Below are positions 55,345 to 64,000 of a stretch of 64,000 bases of DNA, piece after piece. The notes beneath the pieces are model-generated. The model was not told where the DNA came from and searched no databases. It worked only from the letters and a program-made list of their open reading frames with translations. Source of the stretch: an uncultured Clostridia bacterium (lineage in GTDB: Bacteria; Bacillota; Clostridia; Christensenellales; CAG-138); NCBI GenBank assembly GCA_947166925.1, contig CAMVGD010000005.1, positions 425 to 64,424 on the forward strand, written 5' to 3'. Numbering within the stretch: position 1 is the stretch's first letter; every line of letters starts with the position of its first letter. A program made the position numbers and the translations under genes.

Positions 55345-56847
55345 ATGAAACGCATCATTTCCATATTTTTGCTTTTATTGCTGCTTATCGCCTGTCAGCC
55401 GACGCCTAACGAGCCGGTGGTGGTCGGCAAGGATCAAAGCAAGATGATCGAACAGGCAAGGCGGGAAATCCCGGAGGAGCAGCGTGCGATGCCGATCCGG
55501 GAACGGCTCGGCGTACCGGAGCGGCTCACATATTCCTATCACAAGGGCAATCTTACGATCGAAGCGGATGCGAAGATCGTCGTGCCGGACGGAGAGCTGC
55601 CGATCGTGCGGGCGTTTCCGACCGATTTCAGTCAGCAGACCGTGACGGACCTTTGGAACGCGCTGATCGGCGACATGCCGATGACCGCGATCGTTTATCA
55701 GCGTGCCAAACCGGAGATCGAGCAGACGATCGAAAAACTGCTTGCCGCGATCGACGGCGGCAAGTATACAGAATACGGATTTGCTTCCGAAGAAGAAGCC
55801 AAAAGCGCAATGAAGGCACTGCAGAAGATGTACCTGGAAGCGCCTGACGTCATCTCCGGCGATCCGGCGGACAGCACGCTCCGAAGGGGCGTGATTCTGG
55901 ACGACGACGGAAAGGAAGTCGCGTCCAATACCTACCTGTACGCAGAATCCCAAAAGACCGGGTATCGGTTCAGCGTTTCCAACAACACGAGCAACACCGT
56001 CCCGATCGTGACAGCCTCCTATGACGAAATGGGCAGACCGGTTGGGACCGCCGTCCGCGAGGTCGGCCGCAGGGCGGGCTTTACGTTCATCAAAAACAGC
56101 GAGGCGCAGGCGCCCTGTTTTATCTGGGGCGATGAGCTGTCCTTTAACGATCCATGCCCCGCGGGAATCCCGGGAACGGTCACCGTGACGCCGCAGCGCG
56201 CAAAGGAGTACGCCGAGGCGTTTCTGAAGGATGCGAGGCTGGACGGCGCCTATGCCGTGCGGCGTGTTTTTGTCATCACGGACAGCGACGCGACCGAATT
56301 TGCCTATCGGATCGTCTGCACGCATACGGTCGGCGGCTGTCCTGTTCTGATGACCGGGAACACCGGTGAAGCCGAAAATGCCGACATGGATTTCGGCGAG
56401 GACGAAAACGACGACTATGCGGAGATCTGGCAATATGAGCAGTTCTGGATCGACGTGAACGACAGCGGCGTATATTGCGTACAGATGCATCAGCCGCTTG
56501 CGATCGGAGACGTTGTGACGGAGCGGTCGTATCTGCTGCCGTTTTCCGAGATCCGAAAGATCATGGAGAAGATGATGCCGATCATCTATGAGACGGAAGC
56601 GAAAAATCCGAGCGGCGAAAACAGCGATATACGCTATGAAAAGAGGATCAACCGCGTGGAGCTCGGACTTTGGCGCGTACGGGAACAGAACCGGATCGAC
56701 CGAGGATTGCTGATTCCCGTCTGGGCGTTCTATGCGAACACCACGGAAACGTATCCGGAAATCGGCTATTCGTGGCAAACGTACCTCCCGATCCTTCTGG
56801 TCAACGCCGTCGACGGCAGCATCATCGACCCGCAGAAGGGATATTGA
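55345..56847 (+). CDS. Lipoprotein, paralog 3 of 3
   Basis: It has the lipobox LLLIACQPTP and the C-terminal motif NAVDGSIIDPQKGY. Confidence 0.65.
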   Translation: MKRIISIFLLLLLLIACQPTPNEPVVVGKDQSKMIEQARREIPEEQRAMPIRERLGVPERLTYSYHKGNLTIEADAKIVVPDGELPIVRAFPTDFSQQTVTDLWNALIGDMPMTAIVYQRAKPEIEQTIEKLLAAIDGGKYTEYGFASEEEAKSAMKALQKMYLEAPDVISGDPADSTLRRGVILDDDGKEVASNTYLYAESQKTGYRFSVSNNTSNTVPIVTASYDEMGRPVGTAVREVGRRAGFTFIKNSEAQAPCFIWGDELSFNDPCPAGIPGTVTVTPQRAKEYAEAFLKDARLDGAYAVRRVFVITDSDATEFAYRIVCTHTVGGCPVLMTGNTGEAENADMDFGEDENDDYAEIWQYEQFWIDVNDSGVYCVQMHQPLAIGDVVTERSYLLPFSEIRKIMEKMMPIIYETEAKNPSGENSDIRYEKRINRVELGLWRVREQNRIDRGLLIPVWAFYANTTETYPEIGYSWQTYLPILLVNAVDGSIIDPQKGY

Positions 56848-56868
56848 GCGGCGTCGCACGGAAACGCA

Positions 56869-56896
56869 GGGGCGCCGGACGCGGGTCCGGCGCCCC
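56869..56896. terminator. Bidirectional terminator hairpin between convergent genes
   Basis: GGGGCGCCGGAC-gcgg-GTCCGGCGCCCC is a 12-bp perfect stem. Confidence 0.6.
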
Positions 56897-56901
56897 TTCG
56901 G

Positions 56902-57699
56902 CTATTGCCGGACCTTTTTTTCGAGGAATGCGACGGCATAGTACATCAGCGCGGCGAGAACGCAGAGGATCGCGACGGACGCCATGACGAGGTCGAGCTT
57001 GAAGACCTGCCCGCCGTAGACAATGAGGTAGCCGAGACCCGCTTTGGAAACGAGATATTCGCCGACGATCACGCCGACCCAGCTCATGCCGACCGAGATC
57101 TTCAATGCCGAAATGAGATCGGGAACGCCTGCCGGAAGCACGACCTTTGTGAAGATCTGCAGCTTCGTTGCGCCGAGCGTGCGCATCAGGAGCTGCTTTT
57201 CGTCGGTCGCGGCAAGGAAGCCGTTCAGCACTGTCACGGTCGTCACGACGAGCGAAACGAGCACGCCCATGACCACGATCGACGCCATGCCCGCGCCGAT
57301 CCAGACGATCAGCACCGGACCGAGCGCGATCTTCGGAAGCGCGTTCAATACGACGAGGTACGGATCCATGACGCGGCGGAGCTTCGGCATCCACCACAGC
57401 AGCACGGCAAACAGCGCGCCCAAAAAGGTGCCGAGCAGAAACCCGAGCACGGTTTCGAGCAGCGTCGTACCGACGTGCAGCCAGAGCGAGCCGTCCGCAT
57501 ACAGCCGTGCGATCGCGGAGAACACCCGCGAGGGCGACGAAAGAATGAACGGATCGAACCACTTGAGGTCCGCGCCGAGCTCCCAAAGGAGCAGAAAACC
57601 CAAAAGCACGGCGATCCGGGAAAGAACGACGATGCGCGCGTCGCGGCGGATGCGGCGGAGATACTGCGCGTGCGCCTCTGAAACAGCGGTTTTTTTCAT
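56902..57699 (-). CDS. ABC transporter permease (NitT/TauT family)
   Basis: It is multi-TM. The EAA-like region LMRTLGATKLQIFTKVVLPAGVP is present. Confidence 0.85.
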   Translation of the reverse strand: MKKTAVSEAHAQYLRRIRRDARIVVLSRIAVLLGFLLLWELGADLKWFDPFILSSPSRVFSAIARLYADGSLWLHVGTTLLETVLGFLLGTFLGALFAVLLWWMPKLRRVMDPYLVVLNALPKIALGPVLIVWIGAGMASIVVMGVLVSLVVTTVTVLNGFLAATDEKQLLMRTLGATKLQIFTKVVLPAGVPDLISALKISVGMSWVGVIVGEYLVSKAGLGYLIVYGGQVFKLDLVMASVAILCVLAALMYYAVAFLEKKVRQ

Positions 57700-58442
57700 G
57701 GCTGAAGCTCCTTCCAGATGCGGTCGAAACGGTCGTGAAACTGCGGCTGACTGCGCCGCAGAAGCGGCGGCATATCGGCGGGGAAGCCGGTTTCGATCAG
57801 CTCCCTGAGCCTTGCGGGACGCGCGGAAAACACCGCGACGCGGTCCGCCATCGACACCGCCTCGGAGATATCGTGCGTAACGAGGATCGCGCTCTTGTGC
57901 TCGCCGCGAATGATGCGGTAGACCTCGTCGGAGAGGTTCAGCCGCGTCTGATAGTCAAGCGCGGAAAACGGTTCGTCCAGAAGCAGCAGATCCGGCTCAA
58001 GCGCAAGCGTGCGGATCAGGGCCACCTTCTGCCGCATGCCGCCCGAAAGCTGCTGCGGCTTATAGGCGCGGAACTCCGAAAGCCCGTATTTGTCGAGAAG
58101 CGCGAACGCGCGCGCCCGGCTTTCCCCGGTGAGGCGGTGCTGGACCTCGAGCCCTAAAAGCACGTTTCTTTCCACGGTGCGGTGGTCCAGAAGATGATCG
58201 CGCTGCAGCATGTATCCGAGCCGAAGCCCTTCGCGCGAAAAGCGGACGCCGCCGGACGAGGGGGAAAGCAGCCCCATGATCAGCGAGAGCACCGTCGTTT
58301 TTCCGCAGCCCGAGGGACCGACGATCGCCAGAAATTCCCCTTCGTATACGGTCAGATTCAGATCCTGTATGGCAAGCGTTTCGCCCGTGACCGTATGATA
58401 AGCGAGCGAAACGTCGGTCAGTTTCATCAATTCGGATTGCAT
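57696..58442 (-). CDS. ABC transporter ATP-binding protein (NitT/TauT family)
   Basis: Walker A GPSGCGKTT, the signature LSGGMRQKV and Walker B LLLLDEP are present. Confidence 0.9.
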   Translation of the reverse strand: MQSELMKLTDVSLAYHTVTGETLAIQDLNLTVYEGEFLAIVGPSGCGKTTVLSLIMGLLSPSSGGVRFSREGLRLGYMLQRDHLLDHRTVERNVLLGLEVQHRLTGESRARAFALLDKYGLSEFRAYKPQQLSGGMRQKVALIRTLALEPDLLLLDEPFSALDYQTRLNLSDEVYRIIRGEHKSAILVTHDISEAVSMADRVAVFSARPARLRELIETGFPADMPPLLRRSQPQFHDRFDRIWKELQP

Positions 58443-58554
58443 ACCCGATCTCCTTGTTGTGCTGATAAACTATCGTATTCCGGTTTTGATCGCGGCGTTC
58501 CGTCACAGTTCGCAGCCGTTTCGCGTATGATACAGAAAAAGAGGAGGGAAGCGT

Positions 58555-58719
58555 ATGCGAAAACTGTGCGAACGGAAATGCAGGGCAAGACGGCTGCTGT
58601 ACGTCGCGATCGGCATGGGCGCGGCGGCGCTGGTGTTCTATTGCGTGCCGTGGTGGGTGTTTCTGCTGATCGGCGTCGTTTCGCTGCTGGCGGCGGGATT
58701 CCTGCTTTTACGGCAATAG
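58555..58719 (+). CDS. Possible small membrane protein (54 aa), absent from the ORF track
   Basis: My hand translation gives MRKLCERKCRARRLLYVAIGMGAAALVFYCVPWWVFLLIGVVSLLAAGFLLLRQ, following AGAGGAGGGA. Confidence 0.35.
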   Translation: MRKLCERKCRARRLLYVAIGMGAAALVFYCVPWWVFLLIGVVSLLAAGFLLLRQ

Positions 58720-58793
58720 TTAACCGAAAATTCACCTTCCGCGCGGAAAAGCTGTGGTATACTGTATGTTGTAAAGGTATATCGGAGGCGGAA

Positions 58794-59627
58794 ATGCGGA
58801 AGCTTTGGAAAATGAGACCGATGTGGATCGCGCTGATCGCGATCGTTCTGCTGATCGTTCTCGCGGCGTTCACTGCAAACGGCAGGGGGTCCGGGGACGG
58901 TCTGTTCCGCACGGCGCTGACGCCGGTCGCAGACTTTCTGCATTCCGTGCAGAAGGAGGTCGGCGGCTTCTTTACGCGCGTGTTCACGCCGGACACGCTC
59001 CGGGAGGAGAACGAACAGCTCAGGGAGACGGTGCTTCTGCAACAGCAGCAGCTTGCGCTTCTGGACGAGACCGAAAAGGAAAACGCAAGGCTGACCGAGC
59101 TGCTGAACTACGTCGAAACGAATCCGAACCTGCGCTTTGTGACCGCGTCCGTCATCGGGCGCGACAGCAATCCGTATATCGATACGATCACGCTGAACGC
59201 CGGCTCGCGCAGCGGCGTGACCGAGAAGATGGCGGTCATCACGCCGGACGGCGTCGTGGGGCGCGTTTCGGAGGTCGGTCCGAACTGGTGCCGGGTCAAG
59301 ACGATGTGCGACGAAAAGATGCGCATCAGCGTCATGGTGCAGCGCACGCGCGACGAGGGCATGCTCGGCGGGCTCTATGAGCAGGACGGCGAGCTGATCG
59401 GCACGCTTCTCTATTATCTGCCCGGCAAGGCGGACGTGCGCACGGGCGATACGATCCGTACGAGCGGCATCGGCGGATTCTTCCCGAAGGGGTTATATGT
59501 CGGAACGGTCATCGCGGTCAACGAGGAGGGCAAGGGCACGCATGACGCGATCGTTTCGATGGACGTGGATTTTCTGCATCTTGAGGAAGCGCTGATCGTA
59601 GTCGGCGTGGATGAGGCGATCGGATGA
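58794..59627 (+). CDS. mreC: Rod shape-determining protein MreC
   Basis: It has an N-terminal TM and a coiled coil (LREENEQLRETVLLQQQQLALL). MreC-like beta domains follow. The GGAGG RBS is present. Confidence 0.85.
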   Translation: MRKLWKMRPMWIALIAIVLLIVLAAFTANGRGSGDGLFRTALTPVADFLHSVQKEVGGFFTRVFTPDTLREENEQLRETVLLQQQQLALLDETEKENARLTELLNYVETNPNLRFVTASVIGRDSNPYIDTITLNAGSRSGVTEKMAVITPDGVVGRVSEVGPNWCRVKTMCDEKMRISVMVQRTRDEGMLGGLYEQDGELIGTLLYYLPGKADVRTGDTIRTSGIGGFFPKGLYVGTVIAVNEEGKGTHDAIVSMDVDFLHLEEALIVVGVDEAIG

Positions 59628-60112
59628 AGCGGCGGCTTCTGCTCATACCCGCGGCGCTGATCGCGGTATTCCTGGACGCGTTCGTGCTGCCGGCGCTGTC
59701 GCAAAACGGGATCCGTCCGCTGTTTACGCTGAGCCTTTCGATGGCGGCGTCGGCGGCGATGTCGGTGCAGGACGGCATGCCGGTCGCGTTTTTCTGCGGA
59801 CTGCTGACCGATCTGTTCTGCAATCCGTATATCGGACTGTCTGCGGCGGCGTATCTGACCGCCTGCGCGATCATGTACGGCTTTGTGAAAAAATGCGGAC
59901 AGCAGCGCGGGCTGTTCATCCCGTTCGCGCTGGTCGGCGCGGTCGCTGCGGAAACGCTGATCTTTGCATTCTCGCTTGCGATCGGCGCGCGGTTCGACGG
60001 GCTTCGGCTGCTCTCCGCGACCCTTCCCTCGATCGTGCTGGAATCGCTTCTGGTCTATCCGATCGCGGCGCTGTTCCGTGCAAGGGAGAAAGGCGGCTTC
60101 GCGCACAGATGA
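59624..60112 (+). CDS. mreD: Rod shape-determining protein MreD
   Basis: It is a polytopic small membrane protein. Its ends overlap mreC and the PBP2 gene. Confidence 0.75.
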   Translation: MKRRLLLIPAALIAVFLDAFVLPALSQNGIRPLFTLSLSMAASAAMSVQDGMPVAFFCGLLTDLFCNPYIGLSAAAYLTACAIMYGFVKKCGQQRGLFIPFALVGAVAAETLIFAFSLAIGARFDGLRLLSATLPSIVLESLLVYPIAALFRAREKGGFAHR

Positions 60113-62643
60113 AACGCGGTGAAAAGGGAAAACTGAATACCCGCATCTGGATCCTGATCGGGATCTTTGTCGTCATGCTCGCCGTGCTGCTGATCTTCCT
60201 GGACAAGCTTGCCATCCGCGAGACGGAGGCGTATTCGGCGGCGGTGCAGCAGACGACGGAGGTCACGACCTACCAGTCCGGCAACCGCGGCACGATCACC
60301 GACCGCAACGGCGTCGTGCTCGCCTATGACGAGACGACCTACAACGTACTGTTTTACCGCGATCCCTCTAACCGCACGCCCGTCGACAGCGCGCGCTACA
60401 CGCATTCGCTGATCGAAGCGATCCGCATCATCGAGGAAGGCGGCGGCAAAACGATCGACACGTTCTATATCAATATGCTTTCCGACGGCACGTTCGTATA
60501 CGACTTCCGCACGTCGGATCCGTCCGTCGCGGCGGCGCGCAAACGGAACTTCGTCGACGCATGCAACTTTTCAAATCCGGACCTTTCCGCGGAGGAGGCG
60601 TACCGCATCCTGCGCAATTCGTGGTGCATTCCCGACAACATGCCGTTCGACGAGGCGAAGAAGATCATGTCGATCCGGCAGGAAGCCGTCATGAACAGCT
60701 ACCGCGCGTTCGAGGGCGTTCGCATCGCATACGACGTTTCGCTGGCGGTCGTGACGGAGCTCGATATGGCGAGCGACCGGCTCACCGGCATCCTCACCGA
60801 AAAGAGCAGCTACCGCGTATACCCGTACGGGCATACGGCGTCGCATATCATCGGGTATCTTTCCAAGCAGGTCACAAAGGATATGACCTCCATCGGCTAT
60901 TCCTATGAGGATTTCCGACCGTTTGACGGGAAGGGGAAGGAGACCCGAAGCATGCTGGATCTCGGCTATTCCTACAACGATCTCGTCGGCGTGGCGGGCG
61001 TGGAAAAGACGATGGAAGCGTACCTCACTCCGCATCTGTACGGGCGGCTCGGCACGACGCGTATTCTGAAGAACAAGCGCGGCGCGATCGTCGAGGTGCT
61101 GGATTCCACGCAGCCGACCGACGGCATGAACGTACAGCTCACCATCGACATCGAGCTGCAGAAGGTCTGCGAGGAGGCGCTGCTCGAAAACATCGCGGAA
61201 ACGCGCACAAAGCAGGAGCGGCGCATCCAGTCCGATCTCGATCGGTACGAAAGGCTGAGCGGCGGGCATGTGGAGAACATCAAGCTTGCGGAGACCGGCG
61301 CGGTCCTCGTCATGAACGTGAAGACCGGCGAGATCCTTGCGCTTGCGTCGTACCCGGATTACGATCCGAACATGTTCACCGACGGGATCGACGAAACGGA
61401 ATATGAACAGCTGTTCGGCGCAAAGAGCAATCAGCCGACGCTGAACCGCGCGATCGGCATCCGCACAGCGTCCGGCTCCGTCTTCAAGATGGCGACCGGG
61501 CTTGCGGGACTGATGGAAGGCAAGCTTACCGTGAGCGAAATGATCTCCGACCATTCGCCGTACTACTACTTTGTCGACGATCCGACGACCAAGGTCGAAC
61601 AGAACGCGCCGAGCTGCTGGATCACGAATACCGCAAAGCACGCGAACCTGACGCTGTCGCGCGCGCTGACCGTTTCGTGCAACTATTTCTTCTACACCGT
61701 GGCGGACCGCGTCGGGATCGAGCGGCTGAACTACTGGGCGGGCATGCTCGGCATGAAGGGCACGACCGGCGTCGAACTCCCCGGCGAGCTTTCGGTGCAG
61801 ATCGGCGGTCAGAAGGCGCGCTACGACTGCGAGAAGCCGCTTTCCGAACAGACCTCGGCATTGCCGCGGCTGATCTATAACCGCATCTACAATCTGCTGC
61901 GTTCGATCCGCGATCAGCGGGAGCTGCAGATCTCCGACGAAAAGCTCAGAACGTGCGCCGACCGGCTTTTGCGGCTGATGGACGGCGAGCAGCGCGAGCG
62001 CGGCGCGGAGATCCGCGAGATCCTCAAGGAGGAAATGAACATCCCGACCGGCGTGTCCTACGCGCATACGAGCTGGATCGTTTCGATCTCGACGTGGCTG
62101 GAGGAGCTTCGCTGGAAACCGACCTACACGATCCAGACGGGGATCGGGCAGGGCGTTATGCTGGTCACGCCGATCTCGATTGCGCGGTACGTCGCGGCGA
62201 TCGCAAACCGCGGAACGGCTTACCGCGCGACGGTGCTCAAGGAGGTCGACAGCGCGGACGGGACGGTCTGGTTCCGGAATCAGCCGGAAGCGGTCGAATC
62301 CATCGACGCGCCGGACGCGTACTGGGACGCGATCCTCGAGGGCATGCGCGGCGTCGTTTCGCCGGAGGACGGCGGCACGGCATCGTCGGTCTTTTCGATG
62401 GCGTTCGCGTACAAGGGCTATCTTGAGCGCATCAGCGGCAAAACGGGAACCGCGCAGACCGCGGCGACGAACAACATCGATATCGAGAACACGTGCTGGT
62501 TTGCGGCGATCACCCCGCGTGAGGATCCCGAGATCGCGATCGTCGTGTTCATCCCGAACGGGCTTTCCGGAAGCTCCGGCGCGACGGCGATCGAACGCAT
62601 CGTGACCTACTGGTACGAGCGGCAGGAAGCGCCCGCGGAATGA
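60109..62643 (+). CDS. mrdA: Penicillin-binding protein 2 (class B transpeptidase)
   Basis: It has a TM anchor and a dimerisation domain. The motifs SGSVFK (SxxK) and KTGTA (KTG) are present. It follows mreCD. Confidence 0.85.
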   Translation: MKRGEKGKLNTRIWILIGIFVVMLAVLLIFLDKLAIRETEAYSAAVQQTTEVTTYQSGNRGTITDRNGVVLAYDETTYNVLFYRDPSNRTPVDSARYTHSLIEAIRIIEEGGGKTIDTFYINMLSDGTFVYDFRTSDPSVAAARKRNFVDACNFSNPDLSAEEAYRILRNSWCIPDNMPFDEAKKIMSIRQEAVMNSYRAFEGVRIAYDVSLAVVTELDMASDRLTGILTEKSSYRVYPYGHTASHIIGYLSKQVTKDMTSIGYSYEDFRPFDGKGKETRSMLDLGYSYNDLVGVAGVEKTMEAYLTPHLYGRLGTTRILKNKRGAIVEVLDSTQPTDGMNVQLTIDIELQKVCEEALLENIAETRTKQERRIQSDLDRYERLSGGHVENIKLAETGAVLVMNVKTGEILALASYPDYDPNMFTDGIDETEYEQLFGAKSNQPTLNRAIGIRTASGSVFKMATGLAGLMEGKLTVSEMISDHSPYYYFVDDPTTKVEQNAPSCWITNTAKHANLTLSRALTVSCNYFFYTVADRVGIERLNYWAGMLGMKGTTGVELPGELSVQIGGQKARYDCEKPLSEQTSALPRLIYNRIYNLLRSIRDQRELQISDEKLRTCADRLLRLMDGEQRERGAEIREILKEEMNIPTGVSYAHTSWIVSISTWLEELRWKPTYTIQTGIGQGVMLVTPISIARYVAAIANRGTAYRATVLKEVDSADGTVWFRNQPEAVESIDAPDAYWDAILEGMRGVVSPEDGGTASSVFSMAFAYKGYLERISGKTGTAQTAATNNIDIENTCWFAAITPREDPEIAIVVFIPNGLSGSSGATAIERIVTYWYERQEAPAE

Positions 62644-62735
62644 GATGCAACAGAAATGCAACATAGTTATGAAATTTTGTTGAACAACGGATATTTACGC
62701 TTGCGCATTTTTGAAAAGCGCGATACACTTTCGGT

Positions 62736-64000
62736 ATGGAAAAGCAAAAACTGACGATTCCTTACATCATTCGCAACTGGAACAGCCTCAGCGTCGCGAA
62801 GAAACGCGCGATCCTGACGGTGTTGATTTTTGCTGTCGCTTTATTGCTGATTGTTGTCGCCCTGATCATCGGAATATCCTCCTGCTCGTGCGCGGGCAGG
62901 GCGCAGAGCGCTTCCGAGCCCGCAGCGGAGATCCCCGCGCTTTTGCGCATGCCGGAGACGGATCGGTCCGCGGAGGCGGAGCCGGTCGAGCCTGCGGACA
63001 ATACGGACCCGAACGCGCCGGACGATCCGTATGAACCGGGCGAGGATCCGACCGAGCCGGGCGATTCGCAGACGACCCTGTACGAGACGCTGAAGAAGCA
63101 CGACAAGGGCGAAAGCGTCATGAATCTGCAGTCGCGGCTGATGGATCTCGGGTATCTCGAGATCGAGGAGCCGACCGATTATTACGGAAATTCCACCGAA
63201 TACGCCGTGTCGCTGTTCCAGCGTCAGCACGGACTCAAGCAGGACGGCGTAGCGGGAGAGCAGACGCAGAGCCTGCTGTACAGCAGCGAGGCGCAGCACT
63301 ATATGCTGCTCGAGGGCGCAGAGGGCCGCGACGTCAAGATGCTGCAGGAGCAGCTGGTCGATCTCGGCTATATGGATGAAAGCGACGTCGACCGCGTATA
63401 CGGCGAAAAGACCGTCGAGGCGGTCAAGGCGTTCCAGAAGCGCAACGGACTGACCGCGGACGGCAAGGCGGGCGAGAAGACGCTTGAAAAGCTGTTCGGC
63501 GAGGATCCGAAGATCTCGAAATCGCTGGAGGCAAAGCTGAAGGAGGAGTCCAAGAACACCTCCAGGAGCACGCCCAAGACCACGCCGAAGGCGACGGCGA
63601 AGCATACGTCCAAGGCCACGGCGAAGGCGACCTCGAAAGCGTCCTCCAAGACCACGTCCAAAGCGACGGCCAAGGCGACGCCGAAGCCGACGCCGAAGGT
63701 CACGCCGACGCCGAAATACGACACCAGGATCGACACGCTCATCAAGGTCGCGAAGTCCAAGCTCGGCTGCGAATACGTGCTCGGCGACAAGGGACCGGAT
63801 TCGTTCGACTGCTCCGGCTTCGTCTATTACTGTCTGAAGCAGGCGGGGGTCAGCGTGAGCCGCATGGACGCCAACGGCTTTTCAAAGGTCAGCCGCTGGA
63901 AGAATATCTCGAGCATCAGCGATCTCAAGAAAGGCGATCTGGTGTTCTTCTGCAGTGAGAAATCCAGCCGCGTCAGCCACGTGGGCATCTACATCGGCGG
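62736..64000 (+). CDS. Cell-wall hydrolase with a TM anchor, two PG-binding repeats, a K/T/A-rich linker and an NlpC/P60 domain (3' partial)
   Basis: I translated it by hand. The PG_binding_1-like repeats are ...VMNLQSRLMDLGYL...QRQHGLKQDGVAGEQT and VKMLQEQLVDLGYM...KRNGLTADGKAGEKT. The catalytic Cys context is DCSGFVYYC. The frame is open to the end of the window, so it is absent from the track. Confidence 0.8.
   Translation, partial: MEKQKLTIPYIIRNWNSLSVAKKRAILTVLIFAVALLLIVVALIIGISSCSCAGRAQSASEPAAEIPALLRMPETDRSAEAEPVEPADNTDPNAPDDPYEPGEDPTEPGDSQTTLYETLKKHDKGESVMNLQSRLMDLGYLEIEEPTDYYGNSTEYAVSLFQRQHGLKQDGVAGEQTQSLLYSSEAQHYMLLEGAEGRDVKMLQEQLVDLGYMDESDVDRVYGEKTVEAVKAFQKRNGLTADGKAGEKTLEKLFGEDPKISKSLEAKLKEESKNTSRSTPKTTPKATAKHTSKATAKATSKASSKTTSKATAKATPKPTPKVTPTPKYDTRIDTLIKVAKSKLGCEYVLGDKGPDSFDCSGFVYYCLKQAGVSVSRMDANGFSKVSRWKNISSISDLKKGDLVFFCSEKSSRVSHVGIYIG

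Noticed and set aside
58443-58554. Possible riboswitch upstream of the ABC transporter, for which no substrate-binding protein gene is present
   Set aside because: The region is short and has no recognisable conserved riboswitch core. I could not support it.

Overview
The window appears to come from a GC-rich Firmicutes (Clostridia-like) chromosome. From about 2.4 to 21.5 kb it carries a visibly AT-richer integrated element that ends next to a tRNA-Asn(GTT) gene. The element encodes XRE regulators, a Toprim primase-like protein, a RepL-like wHTH protein with upstream iteron-like repeats, a tyrosine integrase and an AP2-domain protein. Its cargo is a type I restriction-modification operon in the unusual order XRE-hsdR-hsdS-[4 inserted genes]-hsdM. 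The inserted genes are tightly coupled. They encode a protein with a C-terminal HEPN-like Rx4H motif, a TIR-domain protein with a coiled-coil tail, a small 3-TM protein and a 61-aa disordered peptide. HsdS also carries an extra N-terminal domain of about 255 aa. This hsd-embedded cassette is my main candidate for a previously undescribed defence module. The rest of the window (21.7-64 kb) is chromosomal. It holds holB-ricT, a SCIFF peptide with its radical-SAM maturase (the 49-aa peptide is missing from the ORF track), and serC-serA. It also holds thrC, a selenium-dependent molybdenum hydroxylase cluster (ssnA-ygfK-xdh), several tandem paralogous surface or lipoprotein genes, and an OmpR/HK two-component system flanked by arrays of an 8-mer motif. 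An ABC transporter, mreC-mreD-PBP2 and a partial NlpC/P60 hydrolase complete it. All functional calls rest on motif and family recognition by eye. No database search or numerical computation was run.
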